From an uncultured virus (IMG/VR IMGVR_UViG_3300025585_000041) (lineage: Duplodnaviria > Heunggongvirae > Uroviricota > Caudoviricetes), in IMG/VR virus record IMGVR_UViG_3300025585_000041, positions 1-64,000 of that record: 64,000 nucleotides of DNA; one strand, 5' to 3'. The translations under genes were made by a program, and so were the position numbers. Below, one piece after another: positions 49,456 through 59,215 of this stretch (position 1 is the stretch's first letter; each line of letters begins with the position of its first letter). The notes below the pieces were generated by a model that had not been told where the DNA came from, searched no databases, and saw only the letters and a program-made list of their open reading frames with translations.

Positions 49456-50144
49456 TGGAATTTTATGAAAATTATTTAACAAAAAACACCACTATCTCTC
49501 CAGTTTTTTGGCATAAAGATGGTATGCCAGATTATAGAAAAAATATTTCAAACAGTAATGTAATATATAAATTAAACTCACATGGATTAAGATCAGATGA
49601 ATTTATAAAAAATCATAATGGCGAACATATTTTATTTGCTGGCTGTTCTATAACTTGTGGTATAGGTGTTAATATAGAAGATACATGGGCATATAAAGTT
49701 TATTCTGATTTCAAAAATTCTTCTGGATTTTTTAATGTTTCTCTTCCAGGCGGTTCGCCAATAGAAATAATATCAAATATATATAAATATATAAATTTAT
49801 ATGGAAATCCAGATTATATTTTTATATTATTGCCACCAATACATAGGGATGGAAGATATATAATTAAAGATCATATTGATAAAGTTGTTTATAATTTTTA
49901 CAAATCTTTAGAAATTTTTTGTTATTTTAATAATATAAAACTTCTATCATCTTCCTGGTCATCTAAAAATGAATTTGATTTTTTAAATAATTTTGATACT
50001 TTTTTTGAAATTAATAAAAGCGATATAGATTATTATGGTGGTGAAATTCTTGGTGATGATAAACATCATCCTGGACCTGCAGCACATTTAATTTGGTATA
50101 ATGAATTTAAGAAGAGGATTAATTATGAAAATTTTAGGAATTAA
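49455..50144 (+). CDS. SGNH-hydrolase-like protein
   Basis: FAGCSITCG, NVSLPGGS, DKHHPG..AH. Confidence 0.65.
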   Translation: MEFYENYLTKNTTISPVFWHKDGMPDYRKNISNSNVIYKLNSHGLRSDEFIKNHNGEHILFAGCSITCGIGVNIEDTWAYKVYSDFKNSSGFFNVSLPGGSPIEIISNIYKYINLYGNPDYIFILLPPIHRDGRYIIKDHIDKVVYNFYKSLEIFCYFNNIKLLSSSWSSKNEFDFLNNFDTFFEINKSDIDYYGGEILGDDKHHPGPAAHLIWYNEFKKRINYENFRN

Positions 50145-51561
50145 TGAAACAACACATGATGCTTCTGTATCATTAATAGATAATGGTAGCATTTTGTTTG
50201 CTGGCCATGCTGAAAGATACAGTAAAGAAAAAAATGATTGGTTTACAAACGACGAACTAATAGATCAAGCACTTTCGTATGGTAAGCCAGATCAAATAGC
50301 ATATTATGAAAATCGTTGGTTAAAAAAAATAAGAATAATGACTAGGGGTGGCTTCGGAGGAGGAAAACCTTATTATCTTGAAAGAAATGATTTAAGATGG
50401 ATACCAAGAGAATCTTTTAGCCATCACCATTCTCATGCAGCAGCAGGTTATTACACGAGTAAATTTAATGATGCAGTAATAGTTGTTTTAGATGCCATAG
50501 GGGAATATAATACATCAACAATCTGGACTGGACAGGGATCATATATTAAGCAGGTCTATAAAAAAAATCATCCATTTAGTTTTGGGCTATTCTATTCTGC
50601 CTTTACTCAATTAGTTGGATTAAAACCAAATGAAGAAGAGTATATTATGATGGGCATGGCTGCATATGGTGACTGGACAAGATATTATAACAAGGTAAAA
50701 GAATACTTTTCATCTATAGATGACCAAAAATATGGATTCCATAATGGTATTTTAGATTGGAATGAAATAATAGATGAACAAGCCAAGTTTGATATAGCAG
50801 CAGCAGTTCAAAAAATATATGAGGATAGATTAGTTAATTTCATGGCCATGGCTCAAAAATTAACTGGTAAAAAGAATCTTGTTTTTATGGGTGGATGCGC
50901 CCTTAATTGTGCAGCAAACACAATGTTATGGAGGATGTTTGATGATGTTTGGATTATGCCAAATCCAGGCGACGCTGGATCCTCTCTTGGCGCAGCAGCA
51001 GCAGCATATGGAAATCATTTAAATTGGGAGCATCCATATTTAGGTTACGATCTTGGTGGAGAGTATCCAGTCAGTAAAATTATGGCAGAATTAATAAGAA
51101 ATAAAATTGCAGCAGTTGCAACTGGACGTGCAGAATACGGACCAAGAGCACTTGGAAACAGAAGTATTTTGGCAGATCCAAGGGATCCTGACATTAAAGA
51201 TAAGGTTAATTTAATTAAAAAAAGAGAATTATTCAGGCCTTTTGCTCCAGTAATTTTAGAAGAGCATGCATCAAAATGGTTTGATATGAATTATACTTCT
51301 CCTTATATGCAGTATACTCCTAAATGTTTAAAGCCAGAACTTATACCGTCTGTAGTACATAAAGACGGTACATCTAGAGTTCAAACTGTAAATAAAAATC
51401 AACATCCAGGACTATACAATCTATTATCGGAATGGTATGCTGTCACTGGAATCCCAATATTACTTAATACAAGTTTAAATATTAAAGGTCAGCCATTATT
51501 AAATGATGAAAATGATATTTTAGAATGGGAAAAAGCATACAATACTAAAATAGTACGATGA
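50125..51561 (+). CDS. O-carbamoyltransferase (NodU/CmcH/TobZ family)
   Basis: HDAS, ERYS, HH.SHAA, DAIGE, GGCALNC, GDAG, EYGPRALGNRS, RPFAP, LNTSLN. Confidence 0.92.
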   Translation: MKILGINETTHDASVSLIDNGSILFAGHAERYSKEKNDWFTNDELIDQALSYGKPDQIAYYENRWLKKIRIMTRGGFGGGKPYYLERNDLRWIPRESFSHHHSHAAAGYYTSKFNDAVIVVLDAIGEYNTSTIWTGQGSYIKQVYKKNHPFSFGLFYSAFTQLVGLKPNEEEYIMMGMAAYGDWTRYYNKVKEYFSSIDDQKYGFHNGILDWNEIIDEQAKFDIAAAVQKIYEDRLVNFMAMAQKLTGKKNLVFMGGCALNCAANTMLWRMFDDVWIMPNPGDAGSSLGAAAAAYGNHLNWEHPYLGYDLGGEYPVSKIMAELIRNKIAAVATGRAEYGPRALGNRSILADPRDPDIKDKVNLIKKRELFRPFAPVILEEHASKWFDMNYTSPYMQYTPKCLKPELIPSVVHKDGTSRVQTVNKNQHPGLYNLLSEWYAVTGIPILLNTSLNIKGQPLLNDENDILEWEKAYNTKIVR

Positions 51562-52277
51562 ACAAAAAAGTTGTATTTGCTGCTATGCCAATAGGCAATA
51601 ATGATCATATTGCTATAGCATTTAAAAATTATTTAAATCAAACAGATATAGCAATTGTTGAAACAGAAAAAGTTTTCAAAAATTTTTGCGATATTAATGG
51701 TGTTTATATTAACAATATATATGAATATAATAACTCTAATTCTTTAGAAATAATTTTAAATGGTATTAAAAATAACAAAAATATACTTGTTGTGTCAAAT
51801 GATGGATATCCAAATATACAAGATTTTGCTTCACCATTAATACAATCTTTAATAGAGAACAACATAGAAATTGAATTAATTCCTGGTCCAAATGCAATAT
51901 TACAATCTTTATTTTTTTCAGGATTTGATGGAGATAGTGGACAATTCTATTTTGGAGGAAGAATACCAAATACTGATACAGTTAAATTTTTAGAAACATT
52001 ATCTAATATTAATTGTCCTATAGTGCTGATATGTATTCCATTTTTAAATAAACATTTAGAGGATATAGCAACTGTTTTTCCATATAGAGATATTGCCATA
52101 TGTATTGATCTTAGTAAGCCAACACAGAAAATTATAAGGGGGAAGACTACTAATGCTCTAGAATTTATAAAGCCATATAGACTTTTTCCATTTAATTTTG
52201 ACATAATAAATGGATGGAAAAACAATATACATACCTTTTACTCACATTACACACTTGTCATATCTCAAATCAAATGA
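51558..52277 (+). CDS. RsmI-like SAM-dependent methyltransferase (tetrapyrrole methylase fold), divergent
   Basis: AMPIGN, SNDGYPNIQD, IPGPNA, DLSK. Confidence 0.7.
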   Translation: MNKKVVFAAMPIGNNDHIAIAFKNYLNQTDIAIVETEKVFKNFCDINGVYINNIYEYNNSNSLEIILNGIKNNKNILVVSNDGYPNIQDFASPLIQSLIENNIEIELIPGPNAILQSLFFSGFDGDSGQFYFGGRIPNTDTVKFLETLSNINCPIVLICIPFLNKHLEDIATVFPYRDIAICIDLSKPTQKIIRGKTTNALEFIKPYRLFPFNFDIINGWKNNIHTFYSHYTLVISQIK

Positions 52278-52299
52278 TACAATATATATAGGAGGAATT

Positions 52300-52500
52300 A
52301 TGGAATCTACAAAACGTACATTATTAAAGACAGCAAGTTGGGAAACATTCCATCTTGTTGGTGTTGCTGGAGTTATTTACCTATTTACAGGTGAATGGGA
52401 ATATGCAAGTCTTGGTGCGCTCATCTATATTGGTTGGGAAGCACTTGGATACTTTATTCACGAAAGAGTTTGGGCTAAGTTTGGGGGAAAGATTAGATAA
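52300..52500 (+). CDS. DUF2061-like small membrane protein
   Basis: ES.KRTLLKTASW...YFIHERVW; AGGAGG RBS; TGATACAAT at 52275-52283. Confidence 0.75.
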   Translation: MESTKRTLLKTASWETFHLVGVAGVIYLFTGEWEYASLGALIYIGWEALGYFIHERVWAKFGGKIR

Positions 52501-52601
52501 TGCGTATTAAAATAATTAGATTTATTGCTAAAGTTTTGGGCTATGAACTTAGTGCCGCACCAAGGGGAATCCCTGTTTGGCAATTACGAAAGAAAAAGTA
52601 A
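52500..52601 (+). CDS. Small hypothetical protein (33 aa, not in ORF track)
   Basis: MRIKIIRFIAKVLGYELSAAPRGIPVWQLRKKK; TAATG-coupled at both ends. Confidence 0.55.
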   Translation: MRIKIIRFIAKVLGYELSAAPRGIPVWQLRKKK

Positions 52602-52786
52602 TGCCATCTTACGAGTATGATTGTATGGGGTGTGCTACAAGATATACCAAAGTTCGTGGAATGTCAGAGTCAGATCCAGGCTATTCCTGTGAAACTTGCA
52701 ACAAGCCATTAGTTCGTGTATACTCTAACGTAGGAGTTTCATTTAACGGATCTGGTTTTTACACAACAGATAATAGAAAGGTATAA
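52601..52786 (+). CDS. FmdB-family zinc-ribbon protein
   Basis: MPSYEYDCMGC...CETC...FNGSGFYTTD. Confidence 0.85.
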   Translation: MPSYEYDCMGCATRYTKVRGMSESDPGYSCETCNKPLVRVYSNVGVSFNGSGFYTTDNRKV

Positions 52787-52787
52787 T

Positions 52788-53042
52788 ATGTCTAGTATGC
52801 TTAAACCAAAAGAAGAACTTTGGATTCTTGATGCAACAGATAGATGTGATAGATGTGGGGCACAAGCGTATGTAAAGGTTATTGGTAAAAATAATTCAGA
52901 TTTATTATTTTGTGCACACCATTATAATAAAGCAATGGATAATGCAATAGGTTATGACAATATGATGAAATTTGCTTTAGAAGTTGTTGATGAAAGAAAC
53001 AGGCTGGATGAAAATAGAACCAAGGGAGAATCTTATTCATGA
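52788..53042 (+). CDS. Zinc-binding hypothetical protein
   Basis: DRCDRCGAQAYV...LFCAHH, a motif I associate with actinobacterial proteins. Confidence 0.65.
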   Translation: MSSMLKPKEELWILDATDRCDRCGAQAYVKVIGKNNSDLLFCAHHYNKAMDNAIGYDNMMKFALEVVDERNRLDENRTKGESYS

Positions 53043-53734
53043 TAGTTCAATTTTTTGGAATGGATGAAAAAACAAGAACAGAGATTTCTATAGCATATGC
53101 TGAACGTACAAATTCTTGGCATGTTTTAGATACAGATTTGCCTATGGCAGAACTACAAGCACAGTATGCTAGGTGGCTTAGAACAATATCTATATTTTTT
53201 ACAAAAGACTATAATTCATCAATTGTAGTTAGTGGATATTTCCCAACTAAAGAAGCAAGAGATCAATATAGAGACATCAGTGGTTACATGCATTTATCTG
53301 AAATAAATAAATTTCCAGATATTTCTGTATGGGTTGATACTACAGACAAAAAAGAATTTACTGATAAATTTGGCAAAACTATTGCATGGGAAGAACCAAA
53401 CGAAAATGAGTATGACTTTAGAATTACAAACACTGGAAATGAATATCTAGATGCATTGCCAACTAGGGCTTTTAGTGTAATTAAAGAATATCAAACTTTT
53501 GACTGGAAACCAGAGCAAACATTAATGGTAGGAAAATTTCAACCATGGACAAAAGAAGATTTTCAAAAATATAAAGAATTATCTGAAACAAGAAATGTAG
53601 TCATAGGAATTAAGCATTGTATGGGTATGACTGATGAAGATAAATTGTCTTTAAGACAGGTAAAGGAATTAATTTTAAAAGATATTCCAGATGCTAATAT
53701 AATTGTATTGCCAAATATAGTGGAGGTTGTTTAA
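53039..53734 (+). CDS. Degenerate paralog of the kinase-nucleotidyltransferase fusion at 61046
   Basis: Shares MI.Q..G, FDW...TLM.G..QPW, LPNI; lacks Walker A and HxGH. Confidence 0.65.
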   Translation: MIVQFFGMDEKTRTEISIAYAERTNSWHVLDTDLPMAELQAQYARWLRTISIFFTKDYNSSIVVSGYFPTKEARDQYRDISGYMHLSEINKFPDISVWVDTTDKKEFTDKFGKTIAWEEPNENEYDFRITNTGNEYLDALPTRAFSVIKEYQTFDWKPEQTLMVGKFQPWTKEDFQKYKELSETRNVVIGIKHCMGMTDEDKLSLRQVKELILKDIPDANIIVLPNIVEVV

Positions 53735-54150
53735 TGTATATATATAGAGTAAAAAAAATTACTGGTGTTGTGGATGGAGATACTATTGATGTTGATATTG
53801 ATTTAGGATTTAATGTATCTTTTTCTCAAAGGGTTAGACTTGCGGGAATAGATACTCCAGAATCAAGAACATCAGATAAATTTGAAAAAGCGTTAGGACT
53901 TGAGGCAAAAGAATACCTAAAAAATAAACTTAAAGACGCCAAGGAAATAGTAATTAAAACAGAAAAACCAGATTCTTCAGAAAAATATGGTCGTATTTTA
54001 GGCTGGCTTTATGTAGATGGTGATACAATTTCTGTCAATGATTATATGATAGAAAATGGTTATGCATGGTCTTACATGGGAGAAACAAAAATTAAAGATT
54101 TTTCAGTACTTGCAAAACAAAGAGAAAAGTCAAAAAATGCAACAAAGTAA
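53734..54150 (+). CDS. Thermonuclease (SNase family)
   Basis: VVDGDTI, VRLAGIDTPE, KYGRIL. Confidence 0.9.
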   Translation: MYIYRVKKITGVVDGDTIDVDIDLGFNVSFSQRVRLAGIDTPESRTSDKFEKALGLEAKEYLKNKLKDAKEIVIKTEKPDSSEKYGRILGWLYVDGDTISVNDYMIENGYAWSYMGETKIKDFSVLAKQREKSKNATK

Positions 54151-54463
54151 TGATTTTGATAAACTTATTTTATCTGGGGCAATAGAACCTGCTGGCATTG
54201 ATCCAGAGACTGGTGAAATGCTTTATAGTTTTACTAAAAAATTAAAACATGTTCATCCCGCCCTACACAGAGAGGTAAATAATATGTTTTCTCAACAAGT
54301 TATGGATTTATGGGAAAAGGGTATGGTAGATATGGATCCTACTGAAGTAAATCCACTTATTAGATTAACACCAAAGGCCTTTAATTTAAAATTAATTAAG
54401 CAGTTAGACAAAGAAACATCACATACTTTAAAAGAAATAAAAAGAACCTTGTATAACAAGTAG
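54137..54463 (+). CDS. Hypothetical protein
   Basis: ATG 54137 overlapping the upstream gene end. Confidence 0.6.
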   Translation: MQQSNDFDKLILSGAIEPAGIDPETGEMLYSFTKKLKHVHPALHREVNNMFSQQVMDLWEKGMVDMDPTEVNPLIRLTPKAFNLKLIKQLDKETSHTLKEIKRTLYNK

Positions 54464-54478
54464 TATAATAGTTCTATT

Positions 54479-54904
54479 ATGAAGTACTTAGTGGGGTTTT
54501 TTAGTTCTTTTTTATTGATTTATGTTTTGTTTAAACTTCAAATAAAAAATGATATTTTTAAAGAGCCAAAAATAAAAAAAATTAAATACAGTCAAAGCCA
54601 TATACATTCTATAGTGCTTCCTTTATTACCAAAAAACACAAAAAGAAATAATAGAAAAAAATCTCAGGCATCTATTCATGAATCAAAATATAGCATCAAA
54701 GTAATCCTTATGGATAACAATGCTTATTGGATTAAAGATAATGTATTTTATATGGCTGATATGAGTTCAGATGGAATGGTCGATAAAGATACGACTAGGA
54801 TAGTTGACACAATGGCTATGAATAAGGTACAATTAGATAAAATGATGTTCATCATTGATAGGCTTAGAGAGGATACATATGATAGTGGTGGTTCAAGGGA
54901 CTAA
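54479..54904 (+). CDS. Hypothetical protein with N-terminal membrane anchor
   Basis: Hydrophobic N-terminus; TATAAT at 54464-54469. Confidence 0.6.
   Translation: MKYLVGFFSSFLLIYVLFKLQIKNDIFKEPKIKKIKYSQSHIHSIVLPLLPKNTKRNNRKKSQASIHESKYSIKVILMDNNAYWIKDNVFYMADMSSDGMVDKDTTRIVDTMAMNKVQLDKMMFIIDRLREDTYDSGGSRD
54804..54833 (+). promoter_or_regulatory. Promoter inside CDS
   Basis: TTGACA-18 nt-TACAAT. Confidence 0.6.
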
Positions 54905-55229
54905 TGGTTTTAATGATTACCAGGTCTTTTTACGTGCTATTGCTGTTGCTCTTACTAGTTTAAAAAACGATGACAAATACTTTTATATACATAGCGTAGG
55001 TCCTGCAAGGGTAAACTCTATGGCCATGGAATTTGTAAATATTTCAGAAAGAAGTATGAAATCTCGTGGAATTAAAATTAAGTTAATACATACCCCACCT
55101 TCATGGGTTATTGAAAATATGTCTTCTATTGATTATTTTGCTTACCTTGCAACACCAAATGAGGGTAAAGGTAATTTAGTTAAAGAAGCAGAATTAAATA
55201 ATATTGAAGTTGGAATTTTTAAATACTAA
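54879..55229 (+). CDS. YspA/SLOG-like protein
   Basis: MIVVVQGTNGFNDY; GAGG RBS. Confidence 0.55.
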   Translation: MIVVVQGTNGFNDYQVFLRAIAVALTSLKNDDKYFYIHSVGPARVNSMAMEFVNISERSMKSRGIKIKLIHTPPSWVIENMSSIDYFAYLATPNEGKGNLVKEAELNNIEVGIFKY

Positions 55230-55239
55230 AGGATAAAAA

Positions 55240-55446
55240 ATGTATATTAAGTCATTAGAACAAATGGAAAATATTGTAAAAAATAATAGATCGCTGTTTT
55301 GGTCTGGCTGGGATGTAATGCATAAAACAAAAACAGACAAAGGTAGAACTTCTAAAAATGGTAAGTTTATTAATGGAAAATGGTATATTGTTAATAAAAT
55401 TAAGTTAAACAGAGATGGTTGGTATATACCAGAAAAACTGACATAA
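55240..55446 (+). CDS. Hypothetical protein
   Basis: AAGGA RBS; Trp/Gly-rich small domain. Confidence 0.6.
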   Translation: MYIKSLEQMENIVKNNRSLFWSGWDVMHKTKTDKGRTSKNGKFINGKWYIVNKIKLNRDGWYIPEKLT

Positions 55447-55447
55447 T

Positions 55448-56023
55448 ATGAAATTTAATATATTTAAAGGTTCAGTTATTACTCTTCCTCAAATATTTAA
55501 TGAAGATTCTGATGATTTTGATACAGCAATTTCATCTGCTAAATCTAAATGTATTGAAAAAGGAATTGATGTAGATACTGAGCCGTTTAATTTTCTAGAT
55601 CCACATATACTTGTTTTAGTAATAAAAGAAAACAATACAAGAATATCTTATTGGGATAATAATATTTTTTCTTTTGTGGTTAGTGGTGTTGTTGGAAATA
55701 TTGGAGATGGATTTTTATTATTAAATTCAACAAATTATACAATAACACATGGCAAAATAGATACATATAAATTTAGAATAGTTAATAAAAAAAATTACGG
55801 CAATGGAGAAAAAATATATAGGGCAGAAATAATTTTTTCAGATAAATATTATTTAGATGTTCTTGCAAATAATAAAGAAGAGGCACTAAATATAGCATAC
55901 TCCATTGGAATGGAAGAATGGGTGCATGAATGGCCTGAAGATAAAGAATTAGATCGATGGCAAAGCACACGAAAAAGTAAATGGGGTAAAAAAATGATAA
56001 AGGTAGTGGAAAAAAATGCATAA
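55448..56023 (+). CDS. Hypothetical protein
   Basis: ORF tiles between neighbours. Confidence 0.55.
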   Translation: MKFNIFKGSVITLPQIFNEDSDDFDTAISSAKSKCIEKGIDVDTEPFNFLDPHILVLVIKENNTRISYWDNNIFSFVVSGVVGNIGDGFLLLNSTNYTITHGKIDTYKFRIVNKKNYGNGEKIYRAEIIFSDKYYLDVLANNKEEALNIAYSIGMEEWVHEWPEDKELDRWQSTRKSKWGKKMIKVVEKNA

Positions 56024-56300
56024 AATAAAATGGAAAGATAATGCCAGTTGCCTTGGATATGACACAAATATATTTTTTGATAAATATGAAGAATCTGAGT
56101 CTTTTAGAGAAGCAATAGACAAATTATGTTTAAGTTGTCCAGTCTTAAAAACTTGTTTTTCTGTAGGTGTTTCTCAAAAAGAATGGGGAGTTTGGGGTGG
56201 AGTTTATTTAGAAAATGGTGATATTTCTAAAGAATTTAATTCCCATAGATCAGAAAAAGATTGGAGCAATGTCTGGACTATCCTGACAAATGAAAAATAA
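56016..56300 (+). CDS. whiB: WhiB-family Fe-S transcription factor
   Basis: C...CLSC.....C plus EWGVWGG. Confidence 0.9.
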   Translation: MHKIKWKDNASCLGYDTNIFFDKYEESESFREAIDKLCLSCPVLKTCFSVGVSQKEWGVWGGVYLENGDISKEFNSHRSEKDWSNVWTILTNEK

Positions 56301-57230
56301 ATGTTTGTATACGGAGATTGGAAGCAGCCAAATAAACTAGAGGGACTACATAGAATAAGTGTTCCAAAATTAGGTTATGTATGGCCAATTATGGGACAGT
56401 TAGAAGATAATGAGGAATTTTCTGAAAGACTAATTGAAAAACCTGATCTTCATTTAGTCTTATGGCAAAAAAATTTTTTACATGCATTTTTTAATATGGT
56501 TCAGTACATTTTACACTATCATAGAATAAATAATGATGCTTATTTTGTCATAATGTTTGGATTAGATTATCGTGAAGAAGACAAAGAAATAAATCATGCT
56601 AAGTTTATCTTAAAACTTTTAGATGATAAAAAAATTAAATATGAATTAGTTTATTTAAAAGAAGAGTCAATTGTAGTTAAAGATGCAACATATATGTCAG
56701 TTATACCTTTTTCTTCTTTTGTTTTTAAAGAAGTGTATGACTATTGTAGTACTAAAATAAATAGAGTTAAATCTCCTAATAAAGTTGCCTATTTAGCAAG
56801 ATCAAAAGTTCCACCAAAAGCAGAAAATAGTATTTTTAATGGAAAAGATCAAAATTCTTTTAGAATAAAAAATGATTTAAGGATAGAAGATGAAGAGGTA
56901 TTAATTGAATATTTTAAGCAAAAAGGTTTTGACATAGTTTATCCAGAAGATTTTGCAAGTTTTGAAGAACAAATTATTTATTTTGACAGTGTAAAGGCAA
57001 TGATATGTCCATCTGGTTCTGGCATGGCTAATATGATGTTTTTGCAGCCATCACAAATTGTGGTGGAATTGCAAACCCCAGTATTAATAGGTGGAACACA
57101 ACAAGTGCATCCATTTTATGAAGGTTTTGCTTGGGCAAAAAAACATAATCTTATTACTATTCCACATGAAAGAAAATCAGAGCATATAATAGAATATTTT
57201 GAAAAAAGAAAATTTTTGGAGTATTTATGA
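56301..57230 (+). CDS. Glycosyltransferase family 61 (DUF563)
   Basis: H.FF, YLAR, R...EE, PE...FEEQI.YF, SGSGMANMMF. Confidence 0.8.
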   Translation: MFVYGDWKQPNKLEGLHRISVPKLGYVWPIMGQLEDNEEFSERLIEKPDLHLVLWQKNFLHAFFNMVQYILHYHRINNDAYFVIMFGLDYREEDKEINHAKFILKLLDDKKIKYELVYLKEESIVVKDATYMSVIPFSSFVFKEVYDYCSTKINRVKSPNKVAYLARSKVPPKAENSIFNGKDQNSFRIKNDLRIEDEEVLIEYFKQKGFDIVYPEDFASFEEQIIYFDSVKAMICPSGSGMANMMFLQPSQIVVELQTPVLIGGTQQVHPFYEGFAWAKKHNLITIPHERKSEHIIEYFEKRKFLEYL

Positions 57231-58189
57231 TAAGAATGGAACCAAGAAAGCCAATATATTATGATGGCTTATTTAAAATTGAAGATGGATTTAATGCTTC
57301 TATGCCAATTATTACTAAGATAACTCATGAAGAATTTAAGGGCTATACATTTAATCAACATAATAACGGAGATCACTTTTTAGATGATACTAATAGAAAA
57401 AGGATAGTCGTTAGATTTGAGTCAGCATTTTTTCATATATTTTTTCACGTACTTGGTCCAATTTTATATGAATATAAACAAGATAAAAACATTGAGGTAA
57501 TACTATTACATCCAAGCAAAGAAAAAGATATTTTTCATAATAGTGGATTATTTGTAATAAATGTATTAAGAAAATATGGTATTCCGTATAGCGTTGTGCA
57601 AACACATTCTATTTATCCCCCAATAGTTAGAAATTTTTATTATTACGAAGAGACAGAGTTATGTGGAGAATTTATTCGCTGTCTTGATGAGATGGTTGAA
57701 GGATATCGAGATCTTTCTATATCTAATGACAAAAAAATATATGTTTCTAGACAAAAAAAACAAAACATGATGGCAACACAATTACACCAAATGTCACAAG
57801 AAGAAATAGATAAATTAGAATTTAAAGATGATTTAAGAATTGATAATGAAGAATATTTAGAGAATTTATTAAGAGCCAATGGATTTGAAATATGTACCCC
57901 AGAAATGTTTAATAGCATTGAAGATCAAATAAAATATTTTGATAAAGCAAAAATTATAGTTTCATTATCTGGATCAGGACTCACTAATTTGCTTTTTATG
58001 AGAAAAAATACAACCATTATAGAGTTAAGTACAACACAATTACTTAAACAGAATATAGAATTTCATTTTCATTTTTATCTAATATCTTCTTTATTTTCTG
58101 AAAAAATATATGTATCAGTACCAAATGTCACTAGAAAATATGATAAAATAGAAAAAGAACTTGAAAGGTTTATAAAAATATATGACTAA
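57227..58189 (+). CDS. Glycosyltransferase family 61 (DUF563)
   Basis: FFHIFF, IYVSR, RIDNEE, PE...IEDQI.YF, SGSGLTNLLF. Confidence 0.82.
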   Translation: MIRMEPRKPIYYDGLFKIEDGFNASMPIITKITHEEFKGYTFNQHNNGDHFLDDTNRKRIVVRFESAFFHIFFHVLGPILYEYKQDKNIEVILLHPSKEKDIFHNSGLFVINVLRKYGIPYSVVQTHSIYPPIVRNFYYYEETELCGEFIRCLDEMVEGYRDLSISNDKKIYVSRQKKQNMMATQLHQMSQEEIDKLEFKDDLRIDNEEYLENLLRANGFEICTPEMFNSIEDQIKYFDKAKIIVSLSGSGLTNLLFMRKNTTIIELSTTQLLKQNIEFHFHFYLISSLFSEKIYVSVPNVTRKYDKIEKELERFIKIYD

Positions 58190-58910
58190 TATACTTATTC
58201 CAATTGCTGGACTTGGTAGTAGGTTTCCAGTAGACATATATAAAACAACTAAGCCATTAATAAAAATAAATGGAATTTCTATGATACAGCATGCCATAAA
58301 TTCTTTATCTATAAAAGGAAAGTATAATTTTGTAGTTAGAGATAACATATTTTTTGATGAATTATATTCAACATTAAAAAACATTGAGCCAACATGTAAT
58401 ATTATTAAGATTGATAAATTAACAAATGGACCAGCAGAAACATGCTTGATGGCAAAAGATTTTATCAATAATGATGAAGAACTCATAATTGCTAACTCTG
58501 ATCAAATAATGTGGTGGGATTCTGATTTATTTTTACAGGTAGCACGTAATTCAAAATATGATGGAATGATTGTAACTTATACCGCAAATACAGATAAAAA
58601 TAGTTATGCTAAAATAAATAAAAATGGATTAGTTTTAGAAATAAAAGAAAAAGAAATTATAAGTGATATATCATTAAATGGAATACATTATTGGAAACAT
58701 GGAAAAGATTTTGTTGATAGTGCAAGCAAAATGATATTAAATAACGAAAGATATAATGGAGAATTTTATGTAGGACCTACTTATAATTCAATGATTAAAG
58801 ATGGTAAAAAAATTGGAATTTATCACATACCTTCTTTTCAACATAATGCTGTTGGAGTACCTTCTGATTTAGAACTATATATGGAGAAACTATGGAAATT
58901 AGAAGAATAG
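58182..58910 (+). CDS. Sugar-phosphate nucleotidyltransferase
   Basis: IPIAGLGSRF, KPLI, GPAET, NSDQ, EK..IS, EFYV, GVP.DL. Confidence 0.85.
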   Translation: MTNILIPIAGLGSRFPVDIYKTTKPLIKINGISMIQHAINSLSIKGKYNFVVRDNIFFDELYSTLKNIEPTCNIIKIDKLTNGPAETCLMAKDFINNDEELIIANSDQIMWWDSDLFLQVARNSKYDGMIVTYTANTDKNSYAKINKNGLVLEIKEKEIISDISLNGIHYWKHGKDFVDSASKMILNNERYNGEFYVGPTYNSMIKDGKKIGIYHIPSFQHNAVGVPSDLELYMEKLWKLEE

Positions 58911-59215
58911 AAGACTTTACCAGAGGATGGATTATAGGAAACTTTGATCCGTCTTTATTAAAAACAGATAAATTTGAGGTTGGTTTGTTAACTCATAAGG
59001 CTGGAGAAATGTGGCCAAAACATTACCATGAGGTTGCAACAGAATATAATGTTCTTGTATCTGGTAGAATGATAATACAAGGAAAAGAATTAAAATCTGG
59101 AGACGTTTTTGTTTTTAATCCAGGAGATATAGCAGATCCAATATTTTTAGAAGATTGTTCAGTTTTAGTAGTAAAAGTTCCATCTATTATAGGAGATAAG
59201 TATGAAGTTTTATAG
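58892..59215 (+). CDS. Cupin-domain protein
   Basis: GW..GNF.P, H.H...E..V...G motif. Confidence 0.8.
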   Translation: MEIRRIEDFTRGWIIGNFDPSLLKTDKFEVGLLTHKAGEMWPKHYHEVATEYNVLVSGRMIIQGKELKSGDVFVFNPGDIADPIFLEDCSVLVVKVPSIIGDKYEVL

